Positions 9,746 through 18,854 are shown, counted from the stretch's first letter. The stretch: 45,409 bases of DNA from a candidate division WOR-3 bacterium (GCA_039803745.1 JBDRZD010000004.1:1-45409), one strand, 5' to 3'. A program made the numbers and translations. Notes: generated by a model not told the origin, from the letters alone.

Positions 9746-11305
9746 TTAACTCTCCTTTTTCTTTAAAAATTCAAAAACTATAAAGAATCCTAAAAAAATG
9801 AGGATGAGATTAACAAAAAATAAAAGATAATTTTTTAATTTCAAAAATTCATAAATTTTTATTATAAGGGCTGACAGGGTTATTAAAAGCATTATTATTG
9901 CAGGAACGAGGGTTATTAAACAATTTTTTCTTTTATTTATAAGCCAGGCAGTTCCTGTTAAAAGTGCAATTGCAGCAACAAGTTGGTTTGATGCCCCAAA
10001 AAGTGGCCATAGGGTTTGCCATGTTCCTGATAATAAAAAATAAGCACCTACTAAGATGACAATAAATGTGGAAATGAATATGTTTTTAAATCCTGTGATT
10101 TCTTGAAATATAAATCTTGTTATTCTTGTTGCAGTATCAAGAGTTGTTAATATAAAAGTATTTAAAATTAAAAGGGCTATAAAAGAAGAATATTTTCCTA
10201 AGAAAAAAACAGTTTTTGAAAATCCAATAGAAAACAATTCAGGTGGAGTTTTTTCTAAATCGATTTCTTTAACACCAAAGGCAACGATGAATAAAACAGA
10301 CATTGCAAGAATTCCTTCAAGAAGCATAGCACCATAACCTATTCTTTTAATATCCTTTTCATTTGCTATCTGTTTTGAAGTTGTTCCGCTTGAAACAAGT
10401 GAATGAAAACCAGAAATTGCTCCACAGGCAACTGTTATGAACATGATAGGGAATAAAAAGCCTTCCGGTGATGAGAATTTCAAAAAATTCAAATTATTAA
10501 AAGGAGCAGGTTTTAAAATTATTCCTATAACCATAACAGATATTCCAAAAAACAAAAGAAAACTTGAAAGATAATCCCTTGGCTGCAACAAAATATTTAC
10601 AGGTAGTATTGATGCAAAATAGGAATATAAAAGAAGAATTATTACCCATATTAAAAAGGCTTCTTTAATTAAAAATTTTATTGGAAATTTTTCCCCAAGA
10701 ATGATAAGCAAAAAAAGCAAAAATATTCCAAGAATTGTTGATTTTAAAAGTCCAAATTTTGTCTTATAAATAAGAAATCCTGTAAAAATGGCAACAAATA
10801 TAAGACCTATTGAAGGAATTACTATTTGTGGCATTGAAACAAATGTTTTTGCACATAGTGATGCAAAAACTGCAATAACAAGTATCAGTGCAAACCATAA
10901 AAATATTAAAAATACAATTCCAGCCCTCTTTGAAATATATTTTTCCGCTATATCTCCTATACTTTTACCTTCTTCCCTTACTGAAATAAACATAGAAACA
11001 AAATCATGAACCCCTCCCAATAATATTGAACCAAATAAAATCCACAATAATACTCCAAGCCATCCCCAGAAAATATAGGCAAAAATAGGACCAATTATAG
11101 GACCAGCACCTGCAATTGATGAGAAATGGTGTCCAAATAAAACAAGCGGGTTTTTAGCAGGAACATAATCGACCCCGTCAAATTTTAAAAACGCAGGTGT
11201 TTTCCTATTTTCATCAATACCAAGAATTTTTGACAAAAAATTTCCATAAAAAAAATAACCTGCAATAAAAATTGCCAGAAGTAAAATAAATAAAATTACA
11301 TTCAT
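9746..11305 (-). CDS. cstA: Carbon starvation protein A family transporter
   Basis: DGVDYVP, LFGHHFSSIAGAGPIIGP, ACGAISGFHSLVSSGTT, LWPLFGASNQL. Confidence 0.95.
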   Translation of the reverse strand: MNVILFILLLAIFIAGYFFYGNFLSKILGIDENRKTPAFLKFDGVDYVPAKNPLVLFGHHFSSIAGAGPIIGPIFAYIFWGWLGVLLWILFGSILLGGVHDFVSMFISVREEGKSIGDIAEKYISKRAGIVFLIFLWFALILVIAVFASLCAKTFVSMPQIVIPSIGLIFVAIFTGFLIYKTKFGLLKSTILGIFLLFLLIILGEKFPIKFLIKEAFLIWVIILLLYSYFASILPVNILLQPRDYLSSFLLFFGISVMVIGIILKPAPFNNLNFLKFSSPEGFLFPIMFITVACGAISGFHSLVSSGTTSKQIANEKDIKRIGYGAMLLEGILAMSVLFIVAFGVKEIDLEKTPPELFSIGFSKTVFFLGKYSSFIALLILNTFILTTLDTATRITRFIFQEITGFKNIFISTFIVILVGAYFLLSGTWQTLWPLFGASNQLVAAIALLTGTAWLINKRKNCLITLVPAIIMLLITLSALIIKIYEFLKLKNYLLFFVNLILIFLGFFIVFEFLKKKES

Positions 11306-11361
11306 TTTACTTTTTATATTATAAACTCCTATAATTAAAATATCAAAATGTTTGGAGGTGT

Positions 11362-11589
11362 ATGATGTCAGAAAGATATAAAGGTAGGGTTAAATGGTTT
11401 AACCCAAAAAAAGGTTATGGATTTATAACACCGGATGATGGGTCAAAAGACTTATTTGTTCATTACTCAGATATAGAAGGTGAAGGATTCAAAAGTCTTG
11501 AAGAAGGTGATAAAGTATCTTATGAGATTGAGCAAAGTAAAAAAGGTCCAAGAGCCGTTAAAGTAAGAAAGGAGACAAAAAAAGAGTAA
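11362..11589 (+). CDS. Cold-shock domain protein
   Basis: GRVKWFN.KKGYGFI (RNP1) and DLFVHYS (RNP2); SD GGAGGTG. Start may be 11362 or 11365. Confidence 0.96.
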   Translation: MMSERYKGRVKWFNPKKGYGFITPDDGSKDLFVHYSDIEGEGFKSLEEGDKVSYEIEQSKKGPRAVKVRKETKKE

Positions 11590-11590
11590 C

Positions 11591-11620
11591 TTGAATTATA
11601 AAAGGGATTATTTTTAAAAT
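11591..11620 (+). promoter_or_regulatory. Putative sigma70 promoter for the tRNA-Ala and downstream genes
   Basis: TTGAAT(11591-11596)-N18-TAAAAT(11615-11620). Confidence 0.5.
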
Positions 11621-11634
11621 TTAAAACTTATTTT

Positions 11635-11707
11635 GGGGCCGTAGCTCAGTTGGGAGAGCATGAGGCTGGCAGTCTCAAGGTCGTGGGTTCAAATCCCACC
11701 GGCTCCA
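11635..11707 (+). tRNA. tRNA-Ala (anticodon GGC); CCA not encoded
   Basis: Full cloverleaf: GGGGCCG/CGGCTCC acceptor with G3:U70, D arm GCTC/GAGC, anticodon arm TGAGG-CTGGCAG-TCTCA, T arm GTGGG-TTCAAAT-CCCAC, discriminator A followed by TGA. Confidence 0.97.
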
Positions 11708-11717
11708 TGAAAAGACG

Positions 11718-12863
11718 ATGAGAATGGTTAAAATAATAATTATTCTAAACTTGTTATTTTGCGCAACACCACAAAAAAAAGAAGAGGCATCACAAAAGGA
11801 ATATGAGCCTTTAAAGGAGGCAAAGGCTTCATACATAAGAGCACTATCTTACTATCAGCAGGGTAAATTTGAAGATGCTTTAAATAGTTATAAAGAAGCT
11901 TATAAACTTGATCCCAATTTTATTGATGCTCTTATTGGAATTGGGAATACTTATATTGCATTAAGAAAATATGAGCAGGCTGATAGCGTGTTTTCGCAAG
12001 TAATTTTTAAATATCCTGATGATTCAAGGGGTTATGAAGGATTGGGATTTTTGTATGGATTCTGTAAAAAAGATTATGGGAAAGGTAAATATTATTATTT
12101 GAGGGCTCTTGAAAGAAAGAAAGATGATCCTGCTATAATTTTTAATCTTGCAACCCTATCTGAAGATTATGATAAAAATTTTGCAGACAGTTTATATAGA
12201 TTCCTTCTTTCAAAAAATCCTGATCATGCAGGAACAATTAAAAAGTACACCTTATTTCTTATAAAGGAAAAAAGATATAAGGATGCATTAATTTATGCTT
12301 ATAAGGCTGAAAGTTTATTTACAGAGGATGTGGAATTGAGAACACGCCTTGTTGAACTTTTTTATAATACAAAAGAATATAAAAAAGCACTTGAAAATGT
12401 TGATTTTGTTATTTCAAAATTTCCTCAAAGTGCCTCTTTATACATTCAAAGGGGAGATATCTATTCAGCGATGGGAAATTATTCAAAGGCTCTTTTAGAT
12501 TACGACACAGCTTTGAAAATTGAAGAAAATAATATTCTTGCACTGTTAAGAAAATCAGAATTACTTGTAAGGGTTCAAAGACCTGCAGAAGGAATAAATA
12601 TCGCTCAAAGGGCAATAAATTTAGGAATAACCGAACCTGAATTAAAATCCTTCGCATATGCAATAATTGGTGATGGTTATAAAAAGATTGCAGAAAATCT
12701 TGCAGAAAAAGGCGAAAAGAATTCAGCAATAAATAATTATAAACTCGCAATAAATTATTATGAGAAATCAAAATCGGCAGGAAAAACAGCCTACTATTCC
12801 TATTCTGATGCAAATATAAAAATATGTGAGGAAAAGATAAGAAAACTTTTGGGGATAAGATGA
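11718..12863 (+). CDS. TPR-repeat lipoprotein
   Basis: Lipobox-like LLFC(15); multiple TPR units such as YYQQGKFEDALNSYKEAYKLDPN and RGDIYSAMGNYSKALLDYDTAL. Confidence 0.85.
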   Translation: MRMVKIIIILNLLFCATPQKKEEASQKEYEPLKEAKASYIRALSYYQQGKFEDALNSYKEAYKLDPNFIDALIGIGNTYIALRKYEQADSVFSQVIFKYPDDSRGYEGLGFLYGFCKKDYGKGKYYYLRALERKKDDPAIIFNLATLSEDYDKNFADSLYRFLLSKNPDHAGTIKKYTLFLIKEKRYKDALIYAYKAESLFTEDVELRTRLVELFYNTKEYKKALENVDFVISKFPQSASLYIQRGDIYSAMGNYSKALLDYDTALKIEENNILALLRKSELLVRVQRPAEGINIAQRAINLGITEPELKSFAYAIIGDGYKKIAENLAEKGEKNSAINNYKLAINYYEKSKSAGKTAYYSYSDANIKICEEKIRKLLGIR

Positions 12864-13222
12864 GAAGGGGATTTGTAAAATTTTTGATTCCGATTGTTAT
12901 ATTAGGTATTTTAATTTATCTTGGAATTCCGATTCTGATTTCTCACCTTCGCTTCTTAGCAATAAAAGATAGGACAAAAGAAATGGCAAAATTCTCAAAA
13001 TTTTATTCAAGAAGGGAGATAATTTCAAAAATTTTAGAAAGAGCAAATGAGAACAATGTAAAGATTGATTCCTCATGGATAGAAATATGGGAAGAAGGGG
13101 GTTATACAAAAATAAGGTTTTATTATGAGGATACAATTACATATGTTGGGAAATACACCTTGATAAGACCACATGAAGTTTATGTTGAAGAAATTCCAAC
13201 ATTTATTACTCCAAAATACTGA
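12860..13222 (+). CDS. Small single-TM protein, DUF4845-like/prepilin-like
   Basis: MRRG|F followed by a ~20-residue hydrophobic helix and a small alpha/beta domain; ATGA-coupled to the TPR gene. Family assignment is tentative. Confidence 0.55.
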   Translation: MRRGFVKFLIPIVILGILIYLGIPILISHLRFLAIKDRTKEMAKFSKFYSRREIISKILERANENNVKIDSSWIEIWEEGGYTKIRFYYEDTITYVGKYTLIRPHEVYVEEIPTFITPKY

Positions 13223-13737
13223 TGAAATCCTTTTTAGAGGAAAAGGTTCTTGTTTTAAATCAAGATTATGAGCCTTTATCTATCTCTAATGTTAAAAGAG
13301 CTGTTATCTTAATATTTTTAAATAAAGCAGAATGTATAGTAAAAAAAGATGGTAAAGTGATAAGAGCAGAAAAGATAGAGTTTCCTGTTCCGTCTGTTAT
13401 AAGAATTTTGAAATATATAAATTACAGAACACAGGAGGTCCCGCTCAATAGAAAAAACATTTTGAAAAGAGATAATTATCAGTGTCAATATTGCGGTGCA
13501 AAAGAAGCTCCTATGACAGTTGACCATGTGATTCCAAAGACAAGAGGTGGTAAAGACGAATGGACAAATCTTGTTTGTGCATGTGTAAAATGCAATAATA
13601 AAAAGGGTGATAGAACATTAAAAGAAGCCGGGATGAAACTTTTAAAAAAGCCAAGGAAACCTACAAGGTTTCATCTAATGTTTGCAAACGGTAAAATTCC
13701 GGATGTAAACTGGAAAAAATTTCTATTTCTTGATTAA
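13222..13737 (+). CDS. HNH endonuclease family protein
   Basis: VLVLNQDYEPL, PSVIRI, RDNYQCQYCG, TVDHVIPKTRGG, NLVCACVKCNNKKG. Confidence 0.93.
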   Translation: MKSFLEEKVLVLNQDYEPLSISNVKRAVILIFLNKAECIVKKDGKVIRAEKIEFPVPSVIRILKYINYRTQEVPLNRKNILKRDNYQCQYCGAKEAPMTVDHVIPKTRGGKDEWTNLVCACVKCNNKKGDRTLKEAGMKLLKKPRKPTRFHLMFANGKIPDVNWKKFLFLD

Positions 13738-15061
13738 CTTAATTTTATTTTTTTCTCTTTATTATATTGGAAATGGTGAATTTATAGGTATCCCTAAAAA
13801 TTATTTACCTCAAATAGATTCAATTGTTAAAAAATATAGGGGAAAGGATTTTGATTCAATAAACATTAAAAAAATTTCATTTGAAATAATTGAATTTTTT
13901 GAGGAAAGGGGCTATCCTTTTGCAGAAGTCAGGTTCGTAAATTTTTTGAAAAGGGAAGATACAATTGACTATTTAATTGAAATAAATAAAGGTAAAATTG
14001 CCTTTGTAGAGGGGATTGATTTTGATGGTATAAAGAGAGTTAATAAAGATGAATTAAAAAGAATTTTTAGATTTAAACCAGCGGTTTTTTCAAAAAAGAT
14101 TGTAAAAGATTTTAAAAATAAACTTTATTTTTTCCCTTTTATTTCCTATGAGAAATACTATTTCTATGAAAATGAAGGAAAATTATTTTTAAATTTTGTT
14201 TTGAATGAAGATTTAAACAACAGGTTCGAAATTTGCATTGGATATTCAAATGAAAGAAAAAACTTTTCTGGAAATATAAATGCTCATGTTGATGCTTTAT
14301 TTGGTTCTTTAAGAACTTTTGATGTTTTATGGAAAAGGATTAAAAAGGGTGAACAGGATTTTTTAGTTTATTATGAAGAACCTTTTTTTTATTTAACTCC
14401 TATGAAAATAAAGGGGGGTTATTCCCTTTATCAAAGAGACACTCTTTATATTAAGGAAAATTTTGATATTCTTTTTTATTTTCTTATTTATCCCTTCAAA
14501 ATTGGAATCGGTGGAAGTTATGAGGAGGATAGAGATTTTATAATTAAAGAAAAGGTATTCAGGATTTTAAATATTGCTGAAATAGAAGGTGGAAGAAAGA
14601 CATATTTTAATTCTGGGTTCTATTTACTTTTAAATTCAAAATATTTAAGAAAGGATTATTTCAGAATCCAGAGCACATATGAAGCAAGAAAAATATTTAG
14701 AAAAATAGGAGTTCTTGCAAGGGTTTTTTATTACAATTTTATAAAAAAAGGATCTATTATATCTCCGGAATATTTTTATATTGGAGGGAAAGATAACTTA
14801 AGGGGTTATGATGAAGAGGAATTTAAGGTAAAAGAATCTACTATTTTTAATTTTGAAAAATACTTTATTCCTTCAAAAATATTTTCTCCAATTTTATTTT
14901 TTGACCTTGGTATCCTTTCTAAAAATTTTATTAAAAAAAGTTTTGGATTTGGAATTATCGGAGAAACAAAGAGTATTTCCTATAAGATTTTATTTGCCTT
15001 TCCTTATAAAGAAAGTATTTATAATGCAAAGGTTCATTTCATAGTGATTCAAAAATTTTAA
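13730..15061 (+). CDS. Omp85 (BamA/TamA-like) outer-membrane protein with short POTRA region
   Basis: FEERGYPFAEV POTRA motif, YEEPF, IGGKDNLRGYDEE (loop 6 RGY motif), C-terminal Phe. TTG start. Confidence 0.8.
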   Translation: MINLILFFSLYYIGNGEFIGIPKNYLPQIDSIVKKYRGKDFDSINIKKISFEIIEFFEERGYPFAEVRFVNFLKREDTIDYLIEINKGKIAFVEGIDFDGIKRVNKDELKRIFRFKPAVFSKKIVKDFKNKLYFFPFISYEKYYFYENEGKLFLNFVLNEDLNNRFEICIGYSNERKNFSGNINAHVDALFGSLRTFDVLWKRIKKGEQDFLVYYEEPFFYLTPMKIKGGYSLYQRDTLYIKENFDILFYFLIYPFKIGIGGSYEEDRDFIIKEKVFRILNIAEIEGGRKTYFNSGFYLLLNSKYLRKDYFRIQSTYEARKIFRKIGVLARVFYYNFIKKGSIISPEYFYIGGKDNLRGYDEEEFKVKESTIFNFEKYFIPSKIFSPILFFDLGILSKNFIKKSFGFGIIGETKSISYKILFAFPYKESIYNAKVHFIVIQKF

Positions 15062-15966
15062 GGTAAATTTTTTTCAAAGAATTTAAAGGCATTCAAAAAT
15101 AGAAAGTTTTCTGGAAAATTCTTAAAATTCTCTCTTATTTCCTTGAAACTGTATAGTCCATTTATAATATTTTTTTCAGATAATCCAAATAGATCAGAAC
15201 CAAGACATATATTTTCAGGAAATTCCTTTATTAATTTATAAATTTTTTTAACCACTTCTTCTTTTTTAACTTCTTTTTCAAAAAATAGATTGCCTAATCC
15301 TATTCCTGCAATTCCGCCTCTTTCTATAATTTTTTCCATCTCTTTATAAGATATATTTCTTTTATCCTTTGGCTTTTTTAAAATACCTGTATGGGAAACA
15401 ATAAATGGTATTTTTAAATTGTATACATCATAAAAGGTTTTTCTTCCTGCATGTGCAAGGTCTATTATACAATTTTCCTCAACCATTTTTAAAACTATTT
15501 CTTTTCCAAATTGTGTAAGCCCATAATCATTTTTATCTTTACAGGAAGAGGCAATCTGATTTGAATTGTTCCATGTCAATGTAAAAACCCTTACTCCAAG
15601 ATTTATAAAGGATTTTAAAATATATTTATCCTTTATACTTGCACATCCTTCAATTTCTAATATTAATCCCTTTTTATTTGAATTCAAAACTTTTTTAAGA
15701 TCTTTTTTATTTTCAATTATTATAAAATTATTTTCTTCGGCAAATTCCCTATAAGTTTCTATTCCCCTTAAAACTTTCGTAACATCAGATGTTTCAATAT
15801 ATTCATCTTTCCAAGGGGTCAGTGTGAAAAGGGAAACTACATTAAATTTAAAAATATCATCTTTATTTATTTCTTCTCTTTTAAAAATTAATGGATAAAG
15901 CAAATCCTCGTGTAAATCAAAAAGAATAACTGATTTTTGTTTTGAATCCTTCAAAGGGTGGCTCAT
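15058..15966 (-). CDS. Membrane dipeptidase (peptidase M19) family protein
   Basis: DLHED, LEIEG, LTWN, DLAH, SHTG, LGSD motifs. Start revised to ATG 15966 (GGAGG 11 nt upstream); the ORF-track start at 16014 is also possible. Confidence 0.82.
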   Translation of the reverse strand: MSHPLKDSKQKSVILFDLHEDLLYPLIFKREEINKDDIFKFNVVSLFTLTPWKDEYIETSDVTKVLRGIETYREFAEENNFIIIENKKDLKKVLNSNKKGLILEIEGCASIKDKYILKSFINLGVRVFTLTWNNSNQIASSCKDKNDYGLTQFGKEIVLKMVEENCIIDLAHAGRKTFYDVYNLKIPFIVSHTGILKKPKDKRNISYKEMEKIIERGGIAGIGLGNLFFEKEVKKEEVVKKIYKLIKEFPENICLGSDLFGLSEKNIINGLYSFKEIRENFKNFPENFLFLNAFKFFEKNLP

Positions 15967-17362
15967 ACCTACATATTCCTCCTGAACACTTAATTTCTCC
16001 CCTCTGTTTTCCATAAGAAAGAGATATTTCTAAATTATATTTTATCTGAAACATTGTTTCAAAAAAGTAATAATCCTTTTTATTTTTATCCTTTGAATAG
16101 TTTATGCTAAGAAATCCAAATTTATGGAGAATTTCAAAATCAAAGGAAGGTTCTGTGTATTTATAAATAGTGTCATTCAAAATATCATTTCTTTTTCTTA
16201 TTCCTATTCCAAATGAAGGAGAAATTAATTCAAAAGAATATTGTAATTTTACTTTGAAATTCCTTTCAAGCCTTTTTTGAACAATCTTTGGAGGAAAACC
16301 TTCTTCAATTTCTGCTCCTTTAAGGTACGCATTGTCAAAAGTAAAATCAAAGAGAAAGGGATACTTATCACCCCTTAAGTTTATCCTCTCCTCTTCTATT
16401 TTTTTATCTTTTCTAAAGAAGGACTTTGAAAGATTAACGTCAAAATCAAATAAAAATAAGGGAAATAAAAAATTTAATGCGTATCCTTCTTCATTTCTCC
16501 CCTGTGTTAAGGATATTCCGTATGGATGAATAGAAGGTGGAAAGGCATAGGGTGTTGAATATTTGCTATATTTTTCATACTCACCTGAGATAGTATACTC
16601 TTTTATGGAAAAGATGATTTGTGTGTAATTTGCAAATCCCTTTGAGAAGTCATAGGGAAGTGTATCTGTAATTATCAATTTATCAATACCTTTTCTTCTT
16701 GAATATTCTTCATAAATAGTTATAATTCCACCTTTTAAATTAAAATTAAATCCTAAAAACTCTGCTCTTTTTTTCTCTATAAAAATATTCTGATCATAAA
16801 AGGCATGATATGCCCCAATTTTTATTCCGGGAAGCGGATTTATTTTAAATTCACTAATTTTGAATTCATCAAGTGTATCTTTTGGAAAGGATTGGTTAAA
16901 AGAATAGTAAAGATATTCATAGGGTCTTCCATAAGTAAATCCGAAATCAAATATACTTATATTTAAATTTCCTGAAAAGCCCTTTAAAAATCTTTCAAGT
17001 AAAACTGCTTCATCTTTCACAAATCCAGCAAATAAATTTTTCCCAAAGTCTTTATATATATCAAAAAATTCAATTTTTAACGGCTTTTTTTCTATTTTAA
17101 TATTCTTTCTAAATATTTTTTCCATATTCATTCCATAAATTTGCCCTATTTCAAAAGGAGAATTTATATATCTTATTTCAAAATCACCTTGGATAAAATC
17201 AAGATAGGGGAAAATGTTTATATTTGCAAAATATCTTTCACCCCAAACTTTTTCAAATCCAGAGGGAGTCATTTTTTCATATTTTAATCTCCATAAGTCA
17301 AAATTTAAATTTCCTGAAACTCCTGTTTCCTTAAATAGGAAAAAAATAAATATCAAATCCAC
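15917..17362 (-). CDS. DUF6029-like outer-membrane beta-barrel protein
   Basis: Alternating aromatic beta-strand pattern, C-terminal RGEIKCSGGICRYEPPFEGFK...YSF ending in Phe; GTG start with SD GGAGG; gene context with TlpA and Omp28. Confidence 0.65.
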   Translation of the reverse strand: MDLIFIFFLFKETGVSGNLNFDLWRLKYEKMTPSGFEKVWGERYFANINIFPYLDFIQGDFEIRYINSPFEIGQIYGMNMEKIFRKNIKIEKKPLKIEFFDIYKDFGKNLFAGFVKDEAVLLERFLKGFSGNLNISIFDFGFTYGRPYEYLYYSFNQSFPKDTLDEFKISEFKINPLPGIKIGAYHAFYDQNIFIEKKRAEFLGFNFNLKGGIITIYEEYSRRKGIDKLIITDTLPYDFSKGFANYTQIIFSIKEYTISGEYEKYSKYSTPYAFPPSIHPYGISLTQGRNEEGYALNFLFPLFLFDFDVNLSKSFFRKDKKIEEERINLRGDKYPFLFDFTFDNAYLKGAEIEEGFPPKIVQKRLERNFKVKLQYSFELISPSFGIGIRKRNDILNDTIYKYTEPSFDFEILHKFGFLSINYSKDKNKKDYYFFETMFQIKYNLEISLSYGKQRGEIKCSGGICRYEPPFEGFKTKISYSF

Positions 17363-17399
17363 TCTTTCCTCCTTTCATTTTATTGATTTAAATTTATTT

Positions 17400-17852
17400 T
17401 TATTCTTTTTTTAAATTTTCTTCAATTATTTTTTTAATTTCTTCTTTTTCTTTTGGATTATATCCAACTTTTTTATAAACAATTCCTTTTTCTTTTGTAA
17501 TTACAAATGTTGTCGGTAAAAACAAAACTCCATAAATTCTTCCAATTTTTTTCCCTTCATCAATTCCTATTATAAAATTCCATCCTCTTGATTTTAAAAG
17601 AGGTTCAATTTTTGAAGCAGTTTTTTGAGTATCCCATGAAAGGGCAATTATTTCTATTTTATCTTTATATTCTTCTTTTATTTCTTTTAGTATATCAAGA
17701 ACTTCATCACAATATGTGCACCATGTTGCCCAGAAATCTAAAATTACAGGTCCTTTTTCAAGGAGTGAATCAAGTTCAATTTCTTTCCCATTTAAATCTT
17801 TGAATTTGAAATTTGTATAACTTAAAATAAAGATTGAAAGAATTATACTCAT
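17400..17852 (-). CDS. TlpA-family thiol-disulfide oxidoreductase
   Basis: FKDLNGKEI, ILDFWATWCTYC, LPTTFVI (cis-Pro motif). Confidence 0.92.
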   Translation of the reverse strand: MSIILSIFILSYTNFKFKDLNGKEIELDSLLEKGPVILDFWATWCTYCDEVLDILKEIKEEYKDKIEIIALSWDTQKTASKIEPLLKSRGWNFIIGIDEGKKIGRIYGVLFLPTTFVITKEKGIVYKKVGYNPKEKEEIKKIIEENLKKE

Positions 17853-18820
17853 CTTGAAATAACTATTTTACCTTTTATATCATTTATTCTGTAAAAATAA
17901 ACTCCCTTTTCAAGATAAACACTTATTTTCTCTTCAGAAACTCTCTTTGAGAAAACTTCTCTCCCCTGTAAGTCAAAGATTTTGAGAAGCCCCTTTGTAT
18001 TTTTAAATATAAACTTTACATTTTTACCTTCATTTTTAACAAAAACTTCTGGCTCTTTATCCTCTTTTTTAACATTTTCCTCTACATATATCCATGTTAG
18101 GGAATCAAGTTCAAATTCAGGTCTTGCACCTATTACTTCTTTATTTGCATCATTCTGGAAAAATATAACAAAGGCAATTTGATGTTCATTGTCATAAGAA
18201 AGAACTGTGAAGTTTTCTGAATGATTTATTTGTGACCCACCTGGAATAGAATAATAAGTTCCCTGTGCAGTTGGGAGTAAATCTCTTACAACCCATTCAA
18301 GATGGGTTTGATTCTGCCATGCATAAGGAGTATCAAGGATAACTTCTGCTATTCTTAAATAACCAGAAATTGTGATGTTCCCAAGATTTTGAATTGTTAT
18401 ATTTAAAGTTCCATTTTTTGTTGCAGGATAATAAACACCACTTGCTATAAATTTTAATGGTTGATCAATCACTTTCCTTTGATCAACACGTGGCTTATAA
18501 TAGGGATACATACTTGAACTTGAAGAACCACCAAGATAATTTAAAACACCATCAAAGAATGCATGGGGAATAGATGAAACTCCATAATACTGTGCTCTTT
18601 GATATGATTCTAATCTATAAAATGGGTCACTGCTTGATGGATGATATGATATCATTGTTACAGTATCTTTAAAATGGTTTTTTAAATCCCTGAATCCCAT
18701 TGCAGCACCAGGGCAATAAGGACACCATGTTGCAGTGAATTTTTCACAGAGCACGGTTCTTTGTATTGCATTTAAACTTCCTATCATTATTATTATACAC
18801 ATTCCCATCACTTTTTTCAT
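17849..18820 (-). CDS. Omp28-related thioredoxin-fold protein with C-terminal T9SS-like sorting domain
   Basis: Signal peptide, RTVLCEKFTATWCPYCP, YYGVSSIPHAFFDG, WVVRDLLP, C-terminal LKIFDLQGREV...LEKGVYFY...KIVI. Confidence 0.82.
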   Translation of the reverse strand: MKKVMGMCIIIMIGSLNAIQRTVLCEKFTATWCPYCPGAAMGFRDLKNHFKDTVTMISYHPSSSDPFYRLESYQRAQYYGVSSIPHAFFDGVLNYLGGSSSSSMYPYYKPRVDQRKVIDQPLKFIASGVYYPATKNGTLNITIQNLGNITISGYLRIAEVILDTPYAWQNQTHLEWVVRDLLPTAQGTYYSIPGGSQINHSENFTVLSYDNEHQIAFVIFFQNDANKEVIGARPEFELDSLTWIYVEENVKKEDKEPEVFVKNEGKNVKFIFKNTKGLLKIFDLQGREVFSKRVSEEKISVYLEKGVYFYRINDIKGKIVISR

Positions 18821-18854
18821 ATTTTCACCTCCTTAAATTTTTTAAATTATAACA

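Noticed and set aside
11635..15061. tRNA-anchored genomic island or HNH mobile element
   Set aside because: No integrase, no duplicated tRNA 3' end seen, no composition shift; the genes are tightly coupled.
17400..18820. Selenocysteine in the Omp28/TlpA redox motifs
   Set aside because: Both CxxC motifs use ordinary Cys codons and there is no in-frame TGA.
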